Source: a virus (lineage: Duplodnaviria; Heunggongvirae; Uroviricota; Caudoviricetes). From it: a DNA stretch of 21,453 nt. Below the pieces are notes generated by a model. It was not told the origin of the DNA. It worked only from the letters and a program-made list of their open reading frames with translations, and ran no database searches. Both the position numbers and the translations under genes were made by a program. The stretch lies in the IMG/VR virus record IMGVR_UViG_2698536428_000001, positions 1-21,453 of that record, one strand, 5' to 3'. Positions 5,957 to 15,709 of this stretch are shown piece after piece (positions within the stretch are counted from its first letter, which is position 1; each line of letters opens with the position of its first letter).

Positions 5957-6730
5957 ATGTATGCCGCCACCATTGAAAGTGAGCTGGATACGCAGTCAGC
6001 GATGGATTTTATTCTGGGCGCGAACAGTCAGGAGCAGCGGGAAAGGCTGACGGGCTGGATTGGTGAAATTGCCGCGTATTACGCCGCAGCACCGGTCCGT
6101 CTGGGAGGCGCAAAAGTGCCGCACCTGATGCCGGGGGACTCACTGAACCTGCAGACGGCTCAGGACACGGATAACGGCTACTCCGTGTTTGAGCAGTCAC
6201 TGTTGCGGTATATCGCTGCCGGGCTGGGTGTCTCGTATGAGCAGCTTTCCCGGAATTACGCCCAGATGAGCTACTCCACGGCACGGGCCAGTGCGAACGA
6301 GTCGTGGGCGTACTTTATGGGGCGGCGAAAATTCGTCGCATCCCGTCAGGCGAGCCAGATGTTTCTGTGCTGGCTGGAAGAGGCCATCGCTCGCCGCGTG
6401 GTGACGTTACCTTCAAAAGCGCGCTTCAGTTTTCAGGAAGCCCGAAGTGCCTGGGGGAACTGCGACTGGATAGGCTCCGGTCGTATGGCCATCGATGGTC
6501 TGAAAGAAGTACAGGAAGCGGTGATGCTGATAGAAGCCGGACTGAGTACCTACGAGAAAGAGTGCGCAAAACGCGGTGACGACTATCAGGAAGTTTTTGC
6601 CCAGCAGGTCCGTGAAACGATGGAGCGCCGTGCAGCCGGTCTTAAACCGCCCGCCTGGGCGGCTGCGGCATTTGAATCCGGGCTGCGACAATCAACAGAG
6701 GAGGAGAAGAGTGACAGCAGAGCTGCGTAA
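5957..6730 (+). pseudogene. B: Portal protein gene B, 3' fragment (about C-terminal 257 of 533 codons)
   Basis: Translation matches the C-terminal half of lambda gpB as I recall it, and the 3' end overlaps the C start by 20 nt as in lambda. Sequence immediately upstream (5760-5955) is AT-rich and unlike lambda B coding DNA, so the lambda homology appears to begin near 5955. Confidence 0.7.
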
Positions 6731-8029
6731 TCTCCCGCATATTGCCAGTATGGCCTTTAATGAGCCGCTGATGCTTGAACCCGCCTATGCGCGGGTTTTC
6801 TTTTGTGCGCTTGCAGGCCAGCTTGGGATCAGCCGCCTGACGGATGCGGTATCCGGCGACAGCCTGACTGCCGGAGAGGCACCCGCGGCGCTGGCGTTAT
6901 CCGTTGATGATGACGGACCACGACAGGCCCGCAGTTATCAGGTCATGAACGGCATCGCCGTGCTGCCGGTGTCCGGCACGCTGGTCAGTCGGACGCGGGC
7001 GCTGCAGCCGTATTCGGGGATGACCGGTTACAACGGCATTATCGCCCGTCTGCAACAGGCTGCCAGCGACCCGATGGTGGACGGCATTCTGCTCGATATG
7101 GATACGCCAGGCGGGATGGTGGCAGGGGCATTTGACTGCGCTGACATCATCGCCCGTGTGCGTGACATAAAGCCGGTATGGGCGCTGGCAAGCAACTGAA
7201 CTGCAGTGCAGGTCAGTTGCTTGCCAGCGCCGCCTCCCGACGTCTGGTCACGCAGACCGCCCGGACAGGCTCCATCGGCGTCATGATGGCTCACAGTAAT
7301 TACGGTGCTGCGCTGGAGAAACAGGGCGTGGAAATCACGCTGATTTACAGCGGCAGCCATAAGGTGGATGGCAACCCCTACAGCCATCTACCGGATGATG
7401 TCCGGGAAACACTGCAGTCCCGGATGGATGCAACCCGCCGGATGTTTGCACAGAAGGTGTCGGCATATACCGGCCTGTCCGTGCAGGCTGTGCTGGATAC
7501 CGAGGCTGCAGTGTACAGCGGTCAGGAGGCCATTGATGCCGGACTGGCTGATGAACTTGTTAACAGTACCGATGCGATCACCGTCATGCGTGATGCACTG
7601 GATGCACGTAAATCCCGTCTCTCAGGAGGGCGAATGACCAAAGAGACTCAATCAACAACTGTTTCAGCCACTGCTTCGCAGGCTGACGTTACTGGCGTGG
7701 TGCAAGCGACGGAGGGCGAGAACGCCAGCGCTGCGCAGCCGGACGTGAACGCGCAGATCACCGCAGCGGTTGCGGCAGAAAACAGTCGCATTATGGGGAT
7801 CCTCAACTGTGAGGAGGCTCACGGACGCGAAGAACAGGCACGCGTGCTGGCCGAAACCCCCGGTATGACCGTGGAAACGGCCCGCCGCATTCTGGCAGTT
7901 GCACCACAGAGTGCACAGGCGCGCAGTGACACTGCGCTGGATCGTCTGATGCAGGGGGCACCGGCACCGCTGGCTGCAGGTAACCCGGCATCTGATGCCG
8001 TTAACGATTTGCTGAACACACCAGTGTAA
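6711..8029 (+). pseudogene. C: Head protease/scaffold gene C, disrupted by a frameshift near 7180-7199
   Basis: GTG start at 6711 gives MTAELRNLPHIASMAFNEPLML… (lambda gpC). The reading frame ends at TGA 7197-7199 (…KPVWALASN*) and gpC sequence continues in another frame from 7178 (…QLNCSAGQLLASAASRRL…). The span is 1319 nt, not a multiple of 3; lambda C is one ORF of 1320 nt as I recall. Confidence 0.7.
7424..8029 (+). CDS. nu3: Scaffolding protein Nu3 (in-frame internal start within the 3' part of C)
   Basis: ATG at 7424 (MDATRRMFAQKVSAYTGLS…), 201 aa, ending at the C stop as in lambda. Lies downstream of the C frameshift, so it is intact. Confidence 0.75.
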   Translation: MDATRRMFAQKVSAYTGLSVQAVLDTEAAVYSGQEAIDAGLADELVNSTDAITVMRDALDARKSRLSGGRMTKETQSTTVSATASQADVTGVVQATEGENASAAQPDVNAQITAAVAAENSRIMGILNCEEAHGREEQARVLAETPGMTVETARRILAVAPQSAQARSDTALDRLMQGAPAPLAAGNPASDAVNDLLNTPV

Positions 8030-8038
8030 GGGATGTTT

Positions 8039-8371
8039 ATGACGAGCAAAGAAACCTTTACCCATTACCAGCCGCTGGGCAACAGTGACCCGGCTCATAC
8101 CGCAACCGCGCCCGGCGGATTGAGTGCGAAAGCGCCTGCAATGACCCCGCTGATGCTGGACACCTCCAGCCGTAAGCTGGTTGCGTGGGATGGCACCACC
8201 GACGGTGCTGCCGTTGGCATTCTTGCGGTTGCTGCTGACCAGACCAGCACCACGCTGACGTTCTACAAGTCCGGCACGTTCCGTTATGAGGATGTGCTCT
8301 GGCCGGAGGCTGCCAGCGACGAGACGAAAAAACGGACCGCGTTTGCCGGAACGGCAATCAGCATCGTTTAA
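8039..8371 (+). CDS. D: Head decoration protein gpD
   Basis: 110 aa, [27 protein letters not shown]…[11 protein letters not shown]; matches lambda gpD as recalled. Confidence 0.9.
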   Translation: MTSKETFTHYQPLGNSDPAHTATAPGGLSAKAPAMTPLMLDTSSRKLVAWDGTTDGAAVGILAVAADQTSTTLTFYKSGTFRYEDVLWPEAASDETKKRTAFAGTAISIV

Positions 8372-8392
8372 CTTTACCCTTCATCACTAAAG

Positions 8393-8413
8393 GCCGCCTG
8401 TGCGGCTTTTTTT
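8393..8413 (+). terminator. Intergenic D-E stem-loop with T-run (attenuator/terminator-like)
   Basis: GCCGC-CTGT-GCGGC followed by T7, between D and E. Confidence 0.4.
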
Positions 8414-8426
8414 ACGGGATTTTTTT

Positions 8427-9452
8427 ATGTCGATGTACACAACAGCCCAGCTGCTGGCGGCAAATGAGCAGAAATTTAAGTTTGATCCGCTGTTTCTGCG
8501 TCTCTTTTTCCGTGAGAGCTATCCCTTCACCACGGAGAAAGTCTATCTCTCACAAATTCCGGGACTGGTAAACATGGCGCTGTACGTTTCGCCGATTGTT
8601 TCCGGTGAGGTTATCCGTTCCCGTGGCGGCTCCACCTCTGAATTTACGCCGGGATATGTCAAGCCGAAGCATGAAGTGAATCCGCAGATGACCCTGCGTC
8701 GCCTGCCGGATGAAGATCCGCAGAATCTGGCGGACCCGGCTTACCGCCGCCGTCGCATCATCATGCAGAACATGCGTGACGAAGAGCTGGCCATTGCTCA
8801 GGTCGAAGAGATGCAGGCAGTTTCTGCCGTGCTTAAGGGCAAATACACCATGACCGGTGAAGCCTTCGATCCGGTTGAGGTGGATATGGGCCGCAGTGAG
8901 GAGAATAACATCACGCAGTCCGGCGGCACGGAGTGGAGCAAGCGTGACAAGTCCACGTATGACCCGACCGACGATATCGAAGCCTACGCGCTGAACGCCA
9001 GCGGTGTGGTGAATATCATCGTGTTCGATCCGAAAGGCTGGGCGCTGTTCCGTTCCTTCAAAGCCGTCAAGGAGAAGCTGGATACCCGTCGTGGCTCTAA
9101 TTCCGAGCTGGAGACAGCGGTGAAAGACCTAGGTAAAGCGGTGTCCTATAAGGGGATGTATGGCGATGTGGCCATCGTCGTGTATTCCGGACAGTACGTG
9201 GAAAACGGCGTCAAAAAGAACTTCCTGCCGGACAACACGATGGTGCTGGGGAACACTCAGGCACGCGGTCTGCGCACCTATGGCTGCATTCAGGATGCGG
9301 ACGCACAGCGCGAAGGCATTAACGCCTCTGCCCGTTACCCGAAAAACTGGGTGACCACCGGCGATCCGGCGCGTGAGTTCACCATGATTCAGTCAGCACC
9401 GCTGATGCTGCTGGCTGACCCTGATGAGTTCGTGTCCGTACAACTGGCGTAA
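8427..9452 (+). CDS. E: Major capsid protein gpE
   Basis: 341 aa starting MSMYTTAQLLAANEQKFKFDPLF…; matches lambda gpE as recalled along its entire length. Confidence 0.92.
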   Translation: MSMYTTAQLLAANEQKFKFDPLFLRLFFRESYPFTTEKVYLSQIPGLVNMALYVSPIVSGEVIRSRGGSTSEFTPGYVKPKHEVNPQMTLRRLPDEDPQNLADPAYRRRRIIMQNMRDEELAIAQVEEMQAVSAVLKGKYTMTGEAFDPVEVDMGRSEENNITQSGGTEWSKRDKSTYDPTDDIEAYALNASGVVNIIVFDPKGWALFRSFKAVKEKLDTRRGSNSELETAVKDLGKAVSYKGMYGDVAIVVYSGQYVENGVKKNFLPDNTMVLGNTQARGLRTYGCIQDADAQREGINASARYPKNWVTTGDPAREFTMIQSAPLMLLADPDEFVSVQLA

Positions 9453-9454
9453 TC

Positions 9455-9481
9455 ATGGCCCTTCGGGGCCATTGTTTCTCT
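9455..9481 (+). terminator. Intergenic E-FI stem-loop (ATGGCCC-TTCG-GGGCCAT) with U-rich tail
   Basis: Perfect 7-bp stem with tetraloop directly after the E stop; partial terminator or RNA-stability element. Confidence 0.35.
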
Positions 9482-9493
9482 GTGGAGGAGTCC

Positions 9494-9892
9494 ATGACGA
9501 AAGATGAACTGATTGCCCGTCTCCGCTCGCTTGGTGAACAACTGAACCGTGATGTCAGCCTGACGGGGACGAAAGAAGAACTGGCGCTCCGTGTGGCAGA
9601 GCTGGAAGAGGAGCTTGATGACACGGATGAAACTGCCGGTCAGGACACCCCTCTCAGCCGGGAAAATGTGCTGACCGGACATGAAAATGAGGTGGGATCA
9701 GCGCAGCCGGATACCGTGATTCTGGATACGTCTGAACTGGTCACGGTCGTGGCACTGGTGAAGCTGCATACTGATGCACTTCACGCCACGCGGGATGAAC
9801 CTGTGGCATTTGTGCTGCCGGGAACGGCGTTTCGTGTCTCTGCCGGTGTGGCAGCCGAAATGACAGAGCGCGGCCTGGCCAGAATGCAATAA
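9494..9892 (+). CDS. FI: DNA-packaging protein gpFI
   Basis: 132 aa, MTKDELIARLRSLGEQLNRDVSL…; GGAGGAG RBS; matches lambda FI. Confidence 0.88.
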   Translation: MTKDELIARLRSLGEQLNRDVSLTGTKEELALRVAELEEELDDTDETAGQDTPLSRENVLTGHENEVGSAQPDTVILDTSELVTVVALVKLHTDALHATRDEPVAFVLPGTAFRVSAGVAAEMTERGLARMQ

Positions 9893-9903
9893 CGGGAGGC
9901 GCT

Positions 9904-10278
9904 GTGGCTGATTTCGATAACCTGTTCGATGCTGCCATTGCCCGCGCCGATGAAACGATACGCGGGTACATGGGAACGTCAGCCACCATTACATCCGGTG
10001 AGCAGTCAGGTGCGGTGATACGTGGTGTTTTTGATGACCCTGAAAATATCAGCTATGCCGGACAGGGCGTGCGCGTTGAAGGCTCCAGCCCGTCCCTGTT
10101 TGTCCGGACTGATGAGGTGCGGCAGCTGCGGCGTGGAGACACGCTGACCATCGGTGAGGAAAATTTCTGGGTAGATCGGGTTTCGCCGGATGATGGCGGA
10201 AGTTGTCATCTCTGGCTTGGACGGGGCGTACCGCCTGCCGTTAACCGTCGCCGCGGAAAGGGGGATGTATGGCCATAA
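9904..10278 (+). CDS. FII: Head-tail joining protein gpFII, with 7-codon C-terminal extension relative to lambda
   Basis: Matches lambda FII (117 aa, ending …PAVNRRR), but the codon at 10255-10257 is GGA where lambda has its stop as I recall. The ORF continues GKGDVWP to TAA 10276-10278 and overlaps the Z start. Confidence 0.8.
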   Translation: MADFDNLFDAAIARADETIRGYMGTSATITSGEQSGAVIRGVFDDPENISYAGQGVRVEGSSPSLFVRTDEVRQLRRGDTLTIGEENFWVDRVSPDDGGSCHLWLGRGVPPAVNRRRGKGDVWP

Positions 10279-10847
10279 AAGGTCTTGAGCAGGCCGTTGA
10301 AAACCTCAGCCGTATCAGCAAAACGGCGGTGCCTGGTGCCGCCGCAATGACCATTAACCGCGTTGCTTCATCCGCGATATCGCAGTCTGCGTCACAGGTT
10401 GCCCGTGAGACAAAGGTACGCCGAAAACTGGTAAAGGAAAGGGCCAGGCTGAAAAGGGCCACGGTCAAAAATCCGCAGGCCAGAATCAAAGTTAACCGGG
10501 GGGATTTGCCCGTAATCAAGCTGGGTAATGCGCGGGTTGTCCTGTCCCGCCGCAGGCGTCGTAAAAAGGGGCAGCGTTCATCCCTGAAAGGTGGCGGCAG
10601 CGTGCTTGTGGTGGGTAACCGTCGTATTCCCGGCGCGTTTATTCAGCAACTGAAAAATGGCCGGTGGCATGTTATGCAGCGTGTGGCCGGGAAAAACCGT
10701 TACCCCATTGATGTGGTGAAAATCCCGATGGCGGTGCCGCTTACCACGGCGTTTAAACAGAATATTGAACGGATACGGCGTGAACGTCTTCCGAAAGAGC
10801 TGGGCTATGCGCTGCAGCATCAACTGAGAATGGTAATAAAGCGATGA
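10269..10847 (+). CDS. Z: Tail completion protein gpZ
   Basis: 192 aa, MAIKGLEQAVENLSRISKTAVPG…; matches lambda Z. Confidence 0.88.
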   Translation: MAIKGLEQAVENLSRISKTAVPGAAAMTINRVASSAISQSASQVARETKVRRKLVKERARLKRATVKNPQARIKVNRGDLPVIKLGNARVVLSRRRRRKKGQRSSLKGGGSVLVVGNRRIPGAFIQQLKNGRWHVMQRVAGKNRYPIDVVKIPMAVPLTTAFKQNIERIRRERLPKELGYALQHQLRMVIKR

Positions 10848-11239
10848 AACATACTGAACTCCGTGCAGCCGTACTGGATGCACTGGAGAAGCATGACACC
10901 GGGGCGACGCTTTTTGATGGTCGCCCCGCTGTTTTTGATGAGGAAGATTTTCCGGCAATTGCCGTTTATCTCACCGGCGCTGAATACACGGGCGAAGAGC
11001 TGGACAGCGATACCTGGCAGGCGGAGCTGCATATTGAAGTTTTCCTGCCTGCTCAGGTGCCGGATTCAGAGCTGGATTCGTGGATGGAGTCCCGGATTTA
11101 TCCGGTGATGAGCGATATCCCGGCACTGTCAGATTTGATCACCAGTATGGTGGCCAGTGGCTATGACTACCGGCGCGACGATGATGCGGGCCTGTGGAGT
11201 TCAGCCGATCTGACTTATGTCATTACCTATGAAATGTGA
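10844..11239 (+). CDS. U: Tail terminator protein gpU
   Basis: 131 aa, [30 protein letters not shown]…; ATGA overlap with Z. Confidence 0.88.
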   Translation: MKHTELRAAVLDALEKHDTGATLFDGRPAVFDEEDFPAIAVYLTGAEYTGEELDSDTWQAELHIEVFLPAQVPDSELDSWMESRIYPVMSDIPALSDLITSMVASGYDYRRDDDAGLWSSADLTYVITYEM

Positions 11240-11246
11240 GGACGCT

Positions 11247-11987
11247 ATGCCTGTACCAAATCCTACAATGCCGGTGAAAGGTGCCGGGACCACCCTGTGG
11301 GTTTATAAGGGGAGCGGTGACCCTTATGCGAACCCGCTTTCAGACGTTGACTGGTCGCGTCTGGCAAAAGTTAAAGACCTGACGCCCGGCGAACTGACCG
11401 CTGAGTCCTATGACGACAGCTATCTCGATGATGAAGATGCAGACTGGACTGCGACCGGGCAGGGGCAGAAATCTGCCGGAGATACCAGCTTCACGCTGGC
11501 GTGGATGCCCGGAGAGCAGGGGCAGCAGGCGCTGCTGGCGTGGTTTAATGAAGGTGATACCCGTGCCTATAAAATCCGCTTCCCGAACGGCACGGTCGAT
11601 GTGTTCCGTGGCTGGGTCAGCAGTATCGGTAAGGCGGTGACGGCGAAGGAAGTGATCACCCGCACGGTGAAGGTCACCAATGTGGGACGTCCGTCGATGG
11701 CAGAAGATCGCAGCACGGTGACGGCGACAACCGGCATGACGGTGACACCCGCCAGTGCTTCCGTAGTGAAAGGGCAGAGCACCACGCTGACCGTGGCATT
11801 CCAGCCGGAGGGCGCAACCGACAAGAGCTTCCGTGCGGTGTCTGCGGATAAAACAAAAGCCACCGTGTCGGTCAGTGGTATGACCATCACCGTGAAAGGT
11901 GTTGCTGCAGGCAAGGTCAACATTCCGGTCGTATCTGGTAATGGTGAGTTTGCTGCGGTTGCAGAAATCAACGTCACCGCCAGTTAA
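11247..11987 (+). CDS. V: Major tail protein gpV
   Basis: 246 aa from ATG 11247 ([22 protein letters not shown]…), including the C-terminal Ig-like region. Confidence 0.9.
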   Translation: MPVPNPTMPVKGAGTTLWVYKGSGDPYANPLSDVDWSRLAKVKDLTPGELTAESYDDSYLDDEDADWTATGQGQKSAGDTSFTLAWMPGEQGQQALLAWFNEGDTRAYKIRFPNGTVDVFRGWVSSIGKAVTAKEVITRTVKVTNVGRPSMAEDRSTVTATTGMTVTPASASVVKGQSTTLTVAFQPEGATDKSFRAVSADKTKATVSVSGMTITVKGVAAGKVNIPVVSGNGEFAAVAEINVTAS

Positions 11988-12002
11988 TCCGGAGAGTCAG
12001 CG

Positions 12003-12425
12003 ATGTTCCTGAAAACCGAATCATTTGAACATAACGGTGTGACCGTCACGCTTTCTGAACTGTCAGCCCTGCAGCGTATTGAGCATCTCGCCCTGATGAA
12101 ACGGCAGGCAGAACAGGCGGAGTCAGACAGCAACCGGAAGTTTACTGTGGAAGACGCCATCAGAACCGGCGCGTTTCTGGTGGCGATGTCCCTGTGGCAT
12201 AACCATCCGAAGAAGACAAAGCTGCCTTCCATGAATGAAGCCGTTAAACAGATTGAGCAGGAAGTGCTTACCACCTGGCCCACAGAGGCAATTTCTCATG
12301 CTGAAAACGTGGTGTACCGGCTGTCCGGTATGTATGAGTTTGTGGTGAATGATGCTCCTGAACAGGCAGAGGACGCCGGGCCTGCAGAGCCTGTTTCTGC
12401 GGGAAAGTGTTCGACGGTGAGCTGA
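12003..12425 (+). CDS. G: Tail assembly chaperone gpG
   Basis: 140 aa, MFLKTESFEHNGVTVTLSELSALQRIEHLALMKRQ…; ends …SAGKCSTVS. Confidence 0.88.
   Translation: MFLKTESFEHNGVTVTLSELSALQRIEHLALMKRQAEQAESDSNRKFTVEDAIRTGAFLVAMSLWHNHPKKTKLPSMNEAVKQIEQEVLTTWPTEAISHAENVVYRLSGMYEFVVNDAPEQAEDAGPAEPVSAGKCSTVS
12401..12407 (+). other. Programmed -1 ribosomal frameshift slippery heptamer G GGA AAG (G to GT fusion)
   Basis: GGGAAAG sits 6 codons before the G stop. The -1 frame continues open into the T reading frame (…G K V F D G E L S F…). Confidence 0.8.
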
Positions 12426-12841
12426 GTTTTGCCCTGAAACTGGCGCGTGAGATGGGGCGACCCGACTGGCGCGCCATGCTTGCCGGGATGTCATCCACGG
12501 AGTATGCCGACTGGCACCGCTTTTACAGTACCCATTATTTTCATGATGTTCTGCTGGATATGCACTTTTCCGGGCTGACGTACACTGTGCTCAGCCTGTT
12601 TTTCAGCGATCCAGAGATGCATCCGCTGGATTTCAGTCTGCTGAACCGGCGCGAGGCTGACGAAGAGCCTGAAGATGATGTGCTGATGCAGAAAGCGGCA
12701 GGGCTTGCCGGAGGCGTTCGTTTTGGCCCGGACGGGAATGAAGTTATCCCCGCTTCCCCGGATGTGGCGGACATGACGGAGGATGACGTAATGCTGATGA
12801 CAGTATCAGAAGGGATCGCAGGAGGAGTCCGGTATGGCTGA
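12408..12841 (+). CDS. T: T-frame portion of tail assembly chaperone gpGT (expressed as a G-T fusion via -1 frameshift)
   Basis: Open frame from the slippery site to 12841 encoding …FDGELSFALKLAREMGRPDWRAMLAGMSSTEYADWHRF…; no independent start expected. Confidence 0.8.
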
Positions 12842-15383
12842 ACCGGTAGGCGATCTGGTCGTTGATTTAAGTCTGGATGCGGCCAGATTTGACGAGCAGA
12901 TGGCCAGAGTCAGGCGTCATTTTTCCGGTACGGAAAGTGATGCGAAAAAAACAGCGGCAGTCGTTGAACAGTCGATGAGCCGGCAGGCGCTGGCTGCACA
13001 GAAAGCGGGGATTTCCGTCGGGCAGTATAAAGCCGCCATGCGTATGCTGCCTGCGCAGTTCACCGACGTGGCCACGCAGCTTGCAGGCGGGCAGAGTCCG
13101 TGGCTGATCCTGCTGCAACAGGGTGGTCAGGTGAAGGACTCCTTCGGCGGGATGATCCCCATGTTCAGGGGGCTTGCCGGTGCGATCACCCTGCCGATGG
13201 TCGGGGCCACCTCGCTGGCGGTGGCGACCGGTGCGCTGGCGTATGCCTGGTATCAGGGTAACTCAACCCTGTCCGATTTCAACAAAACGCTGGTCCTTTC
13301 TGGTAATCAGTCAGGTCTGACGGCAGATCGCATGCTGGTCCTGTCCAGAGCCGGGCAGGCGGCAGGGCTGACGTTTAACCAGACCAGCGAGTCACTCAGC
13401 GCACTGGTTAAGGCGGGGGTAAGCGGTGAGGCTCAGATTGCGTCCATCAGCCAGAGTGTGGCGCGTTTCTCCTCTGCATCCGGCGTGGAGGTGGACAAGG
13501 TCGCTGAAGCCTTCGGGAAGCTGACCACTGACCCGACGTCGGGGCTGACGGCGATGGCGCGCCAGTTCCATAACGTGACGGCGGAGCAGATTGCGTATGT
13601 TGCTCAGTTGCAGCGTTCCGGCGATGAAGCCGGGGCATTGCAGGCGGCGAACGAGGCCGCAACGAAAGGGTTTGATGACCAGACCCGACGCCTGAAAGAG
13701 AACATGGGCACGCTGGAAACTTGGGCAGACAGGACAGCACGGGCATTCAAATCCATGTGGGATGCGGTGCTGGATATTGGTCGTCCTGATACCGCTCAGG
13801 AGATGCTGATTAAGGCAGAGGCTGCGTTTAAGAAAGCGGACGACATCTGGAATCTGCGCAAGGATGATTATTTTGTTAACGATGAAGCGCGGGCGCGTTA
13901 CTGGGATGATCGTGAAAAGGCCCGTCTTGCGCTTGAAGCCGCCCGAAAGAAGGCTGAACAGCAGAGTCAACAGGACAAAAATGCGCAGCAGCAGAGCGAT
14001 ACCGAAGCATCACGGCTGAAATATACCGAAGAGGCGCAGAAGGCTTACGAACGGCTGCAGACACCGCTGGAGAAATATACCGCCCGTCAGGAAGAACTGA
14101 ACAAGGCACTGAAAGACGGGAAAATCCTGCAGGCAGATTACAACACGCTGATGGCGGCGGCGAAAAAGGATTATGAAGCGACGCTGAAAAAGCCGAAACA
14201 GTCCGGCGTGAAGGTGTCTGCGGGCGATCGTCAGGAAGACAGTGCTCATGCTGCCCTGCTGACGCTTCAGGCAGAACTCCGGACGCTGGAGAAGCATGCC
14301 GGAGCGAATGAGAAAATCAGCCAGCAGCGCCGGGATTTGTGGAAGGCGGAAAATCAGTTCGCGGTACTGGAGGAGGCGGCACAACGTCGCCAGCTATCCG
14401 CACAGGAGAAATCCCTGCTGGCGCATAAAGATGAGACGCTGGAGTACAAACGCCAGCTGGCTGTACTTGGCGATAAGGTCACGTATCAGGAGCACCTGAA
14501 CGCGCTGGCGCAGCAGGCGGATAAGTTCGCACAGCAACAACGGGCAAAACGGGCAGCCATTGAGGCGAAAAACCGGGGGCTTACTGACCGGCAGGCAGCG
14601 CGGGACGCCACGGAACAGCGTCTGAAGGAGCAGTATGGCGATAATCCGCTGGCGCTAAATAACGTCATGTCAGAGCAGAAAAAGACCTGGGCAGCTGAAG
14701 ACCTGCTTCGCGGGAGCTGGATGGCTGGCCTCAAGTCCGGCTGGAGCGAGTGGAAAGAGAGTGCCACGGACAGTATGTCGCAGGTTAAAAGTGCTGCCAC
14801 GCAGACCTTTGATGGTATTGCGCAGAATATGGCGGCGATGCTGACCGGCAGTGAGCAGAACTGGCGCAGCTTCACCCGTTCCGTGCTGTCCATGATGACA
14901 GAAATTCTGCTTAAGCAGGCAATGGTGGGGATTGTCGGAAGTATAGGCAGCGCCATTGGCGGCGGCGCATCAGCGTCAGGCGGTACAGCCATTCAGGCAG
15001 CTGCGGCGAAATTCCATTTTGCGACCGGAGGGTTTACGGGAACCGGCGGCAAATATGAGCCAGCGGGGATTGTTCACCGTGGTGAGTTTGTCTTCACGAA
15101 GGAGGCAACCAGCCGGATTGGCGTGGGAAATCTTTACCGGCTGATGCGCGGCTATGCCACCGGCGGTTATGTCGGTACACCGGGCAGCATGGCGGACAGC
15201 CGGTCGCAGGCGTCCGGGACGTTTGAGCAGAATAACCATGTGGTGATTAACAACGACGGCACGAACGGTCAGATAGGGCCACAGGCACTGAAGGCTGTTT
15301 ATGACGTAGCCCGTAAGGCGGCAATGGATGTTGTGACCGGGCAGATGCGCGATGGTGGTCTGTTCTCCGGAGGTGGACGATGA
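12834..15383 (+). CDS. H: Tail tape measure protein gpH
   Basis: 849 aa, MAEPVGDLVVDLSLDAARFDEQMARVRRHF…; long coiled-coil-rich protein with a Gly-rich C-terminal region. Lambda H is 853 aa as I recall, so this copy appears 4 codons shorter. Confidence 0.88.
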   Translation: MAEPVGDLVVDLSLDAARFDEQMARVRRHFSGTESDAKKTAAVVEQSMSRQALAAQKAGISVGQYKAAMRMLPAQFTDVATQLAGGQSPWLILLQQGGQVKDSFGGMIPMFRGLAGAITLPMVGATSLAVATGALAYAWYQGNSTLSDFNKTLVLSGNQSGLTADRMLVLSRAGQAAGLTFNQTSESLSALVKAGVSGEAQIASISQSVARFSSASGVEVDKVAEAFGKLTTDPTSGLTAMARQFHNVTAEQIAYVAQLQRSGDEAGALQAANEAATKGFDDQTRRLKENMGTLETWADRTARAFKSMWDAVLDIGRPDTAQEMLIKAEAAFKKADDIWNLRKDDYFVNDEARARYWDDREKARLALEAARKKAEQQSQQDKNAQQQSDTEASRLKYTEEAQKAYERLQTPLEKYTARQEELNKALKDGKILQADYNTLMAAAKKDYEATLKKPKQSGVKVSAGDRQEDSAHAALLTLQAELRTLEKHAGANEKISQQRRDLWKAENQFAVLEEAAQRRQLSAQEKSLLAHKDETLEYKRQLAVLGDKVTYQEHLNALAQQADKFAQQQRAKRAAIEAKNRGLTDRQAARDATEQRLKEQYGDNPLALNNVMSEQKKTWAAEDLLRGSWMAGLKSGWSEWKESATDSMSQVKSAATQTFDGIAQNMAAMLTGSEQNWRSFTRSVLSMMTEILLKQAMVGIVGSIGSAIGGGASASGGTAIQAAAAKFHFATGGFTGTGGKYEPAGIVHRGEFVFTKEATSRIGVGNLYRLMRGYATGGYVGTPGSMADSRSQASGTFEQNNHVVINNDGTNGQIGPQALKAVYDVARKAAMDVVTGQMRDGGLFSGGGR

Positions 15384-15709
15384 AAACCTTCCGCTGGAAA
15401 GTGAAACCCGGTATGGATGTGGCTTCGGCCCCTTCCGTAAGAAAGGTGCGCTTTGGTGATGGCTATTCCCAGCGAGCGCCTGCCGGGCTGAATGCCGACC
15501 TGAAAACGTACAGCGTGACGCTTTCTGTTCCCCGTTGGGAGGCCACGGCGCTTGAGTCGTTTCTGGCTGAGCACGGGGGCTGGAAATCCTTTCTGTGGAC
15601 GCCGCCTTATGGCTACCGGCAGATAAAGGTGACCTGCGCAAAATGGTCGTCGCGGGTCAGTATGTTGCGTGTTGAGTTCAGCGCAGAGTTTGAACAGGTG
15701 GTGAACTGA
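15380..15709 (+). CDS. M: Tail tip assembly protein gpM
   Basis: 109 aa, MKTFRWKVKPGMDVASAPSVRKVRFGDGYSQRAP…; ATGA overlap with H. Confidence 0.88.
   Translation: MKTFRWKVKPGMDVASAPSVRKVRFGDGYSQRAPAGLNADLKTYSVTLSVPRWEATALESFLAEHGGWKSFLWTPPYGYRQIKVTCAKWSSRVSMLRVEFSAEFEQVVN

Noticed and set aside
13392-14992. Several minus-strand ORFs (13392-13970, 14010-14384, 14486-14992)
   Set aside because: All antisense inside the tape measure gene H; low-complexity translations.
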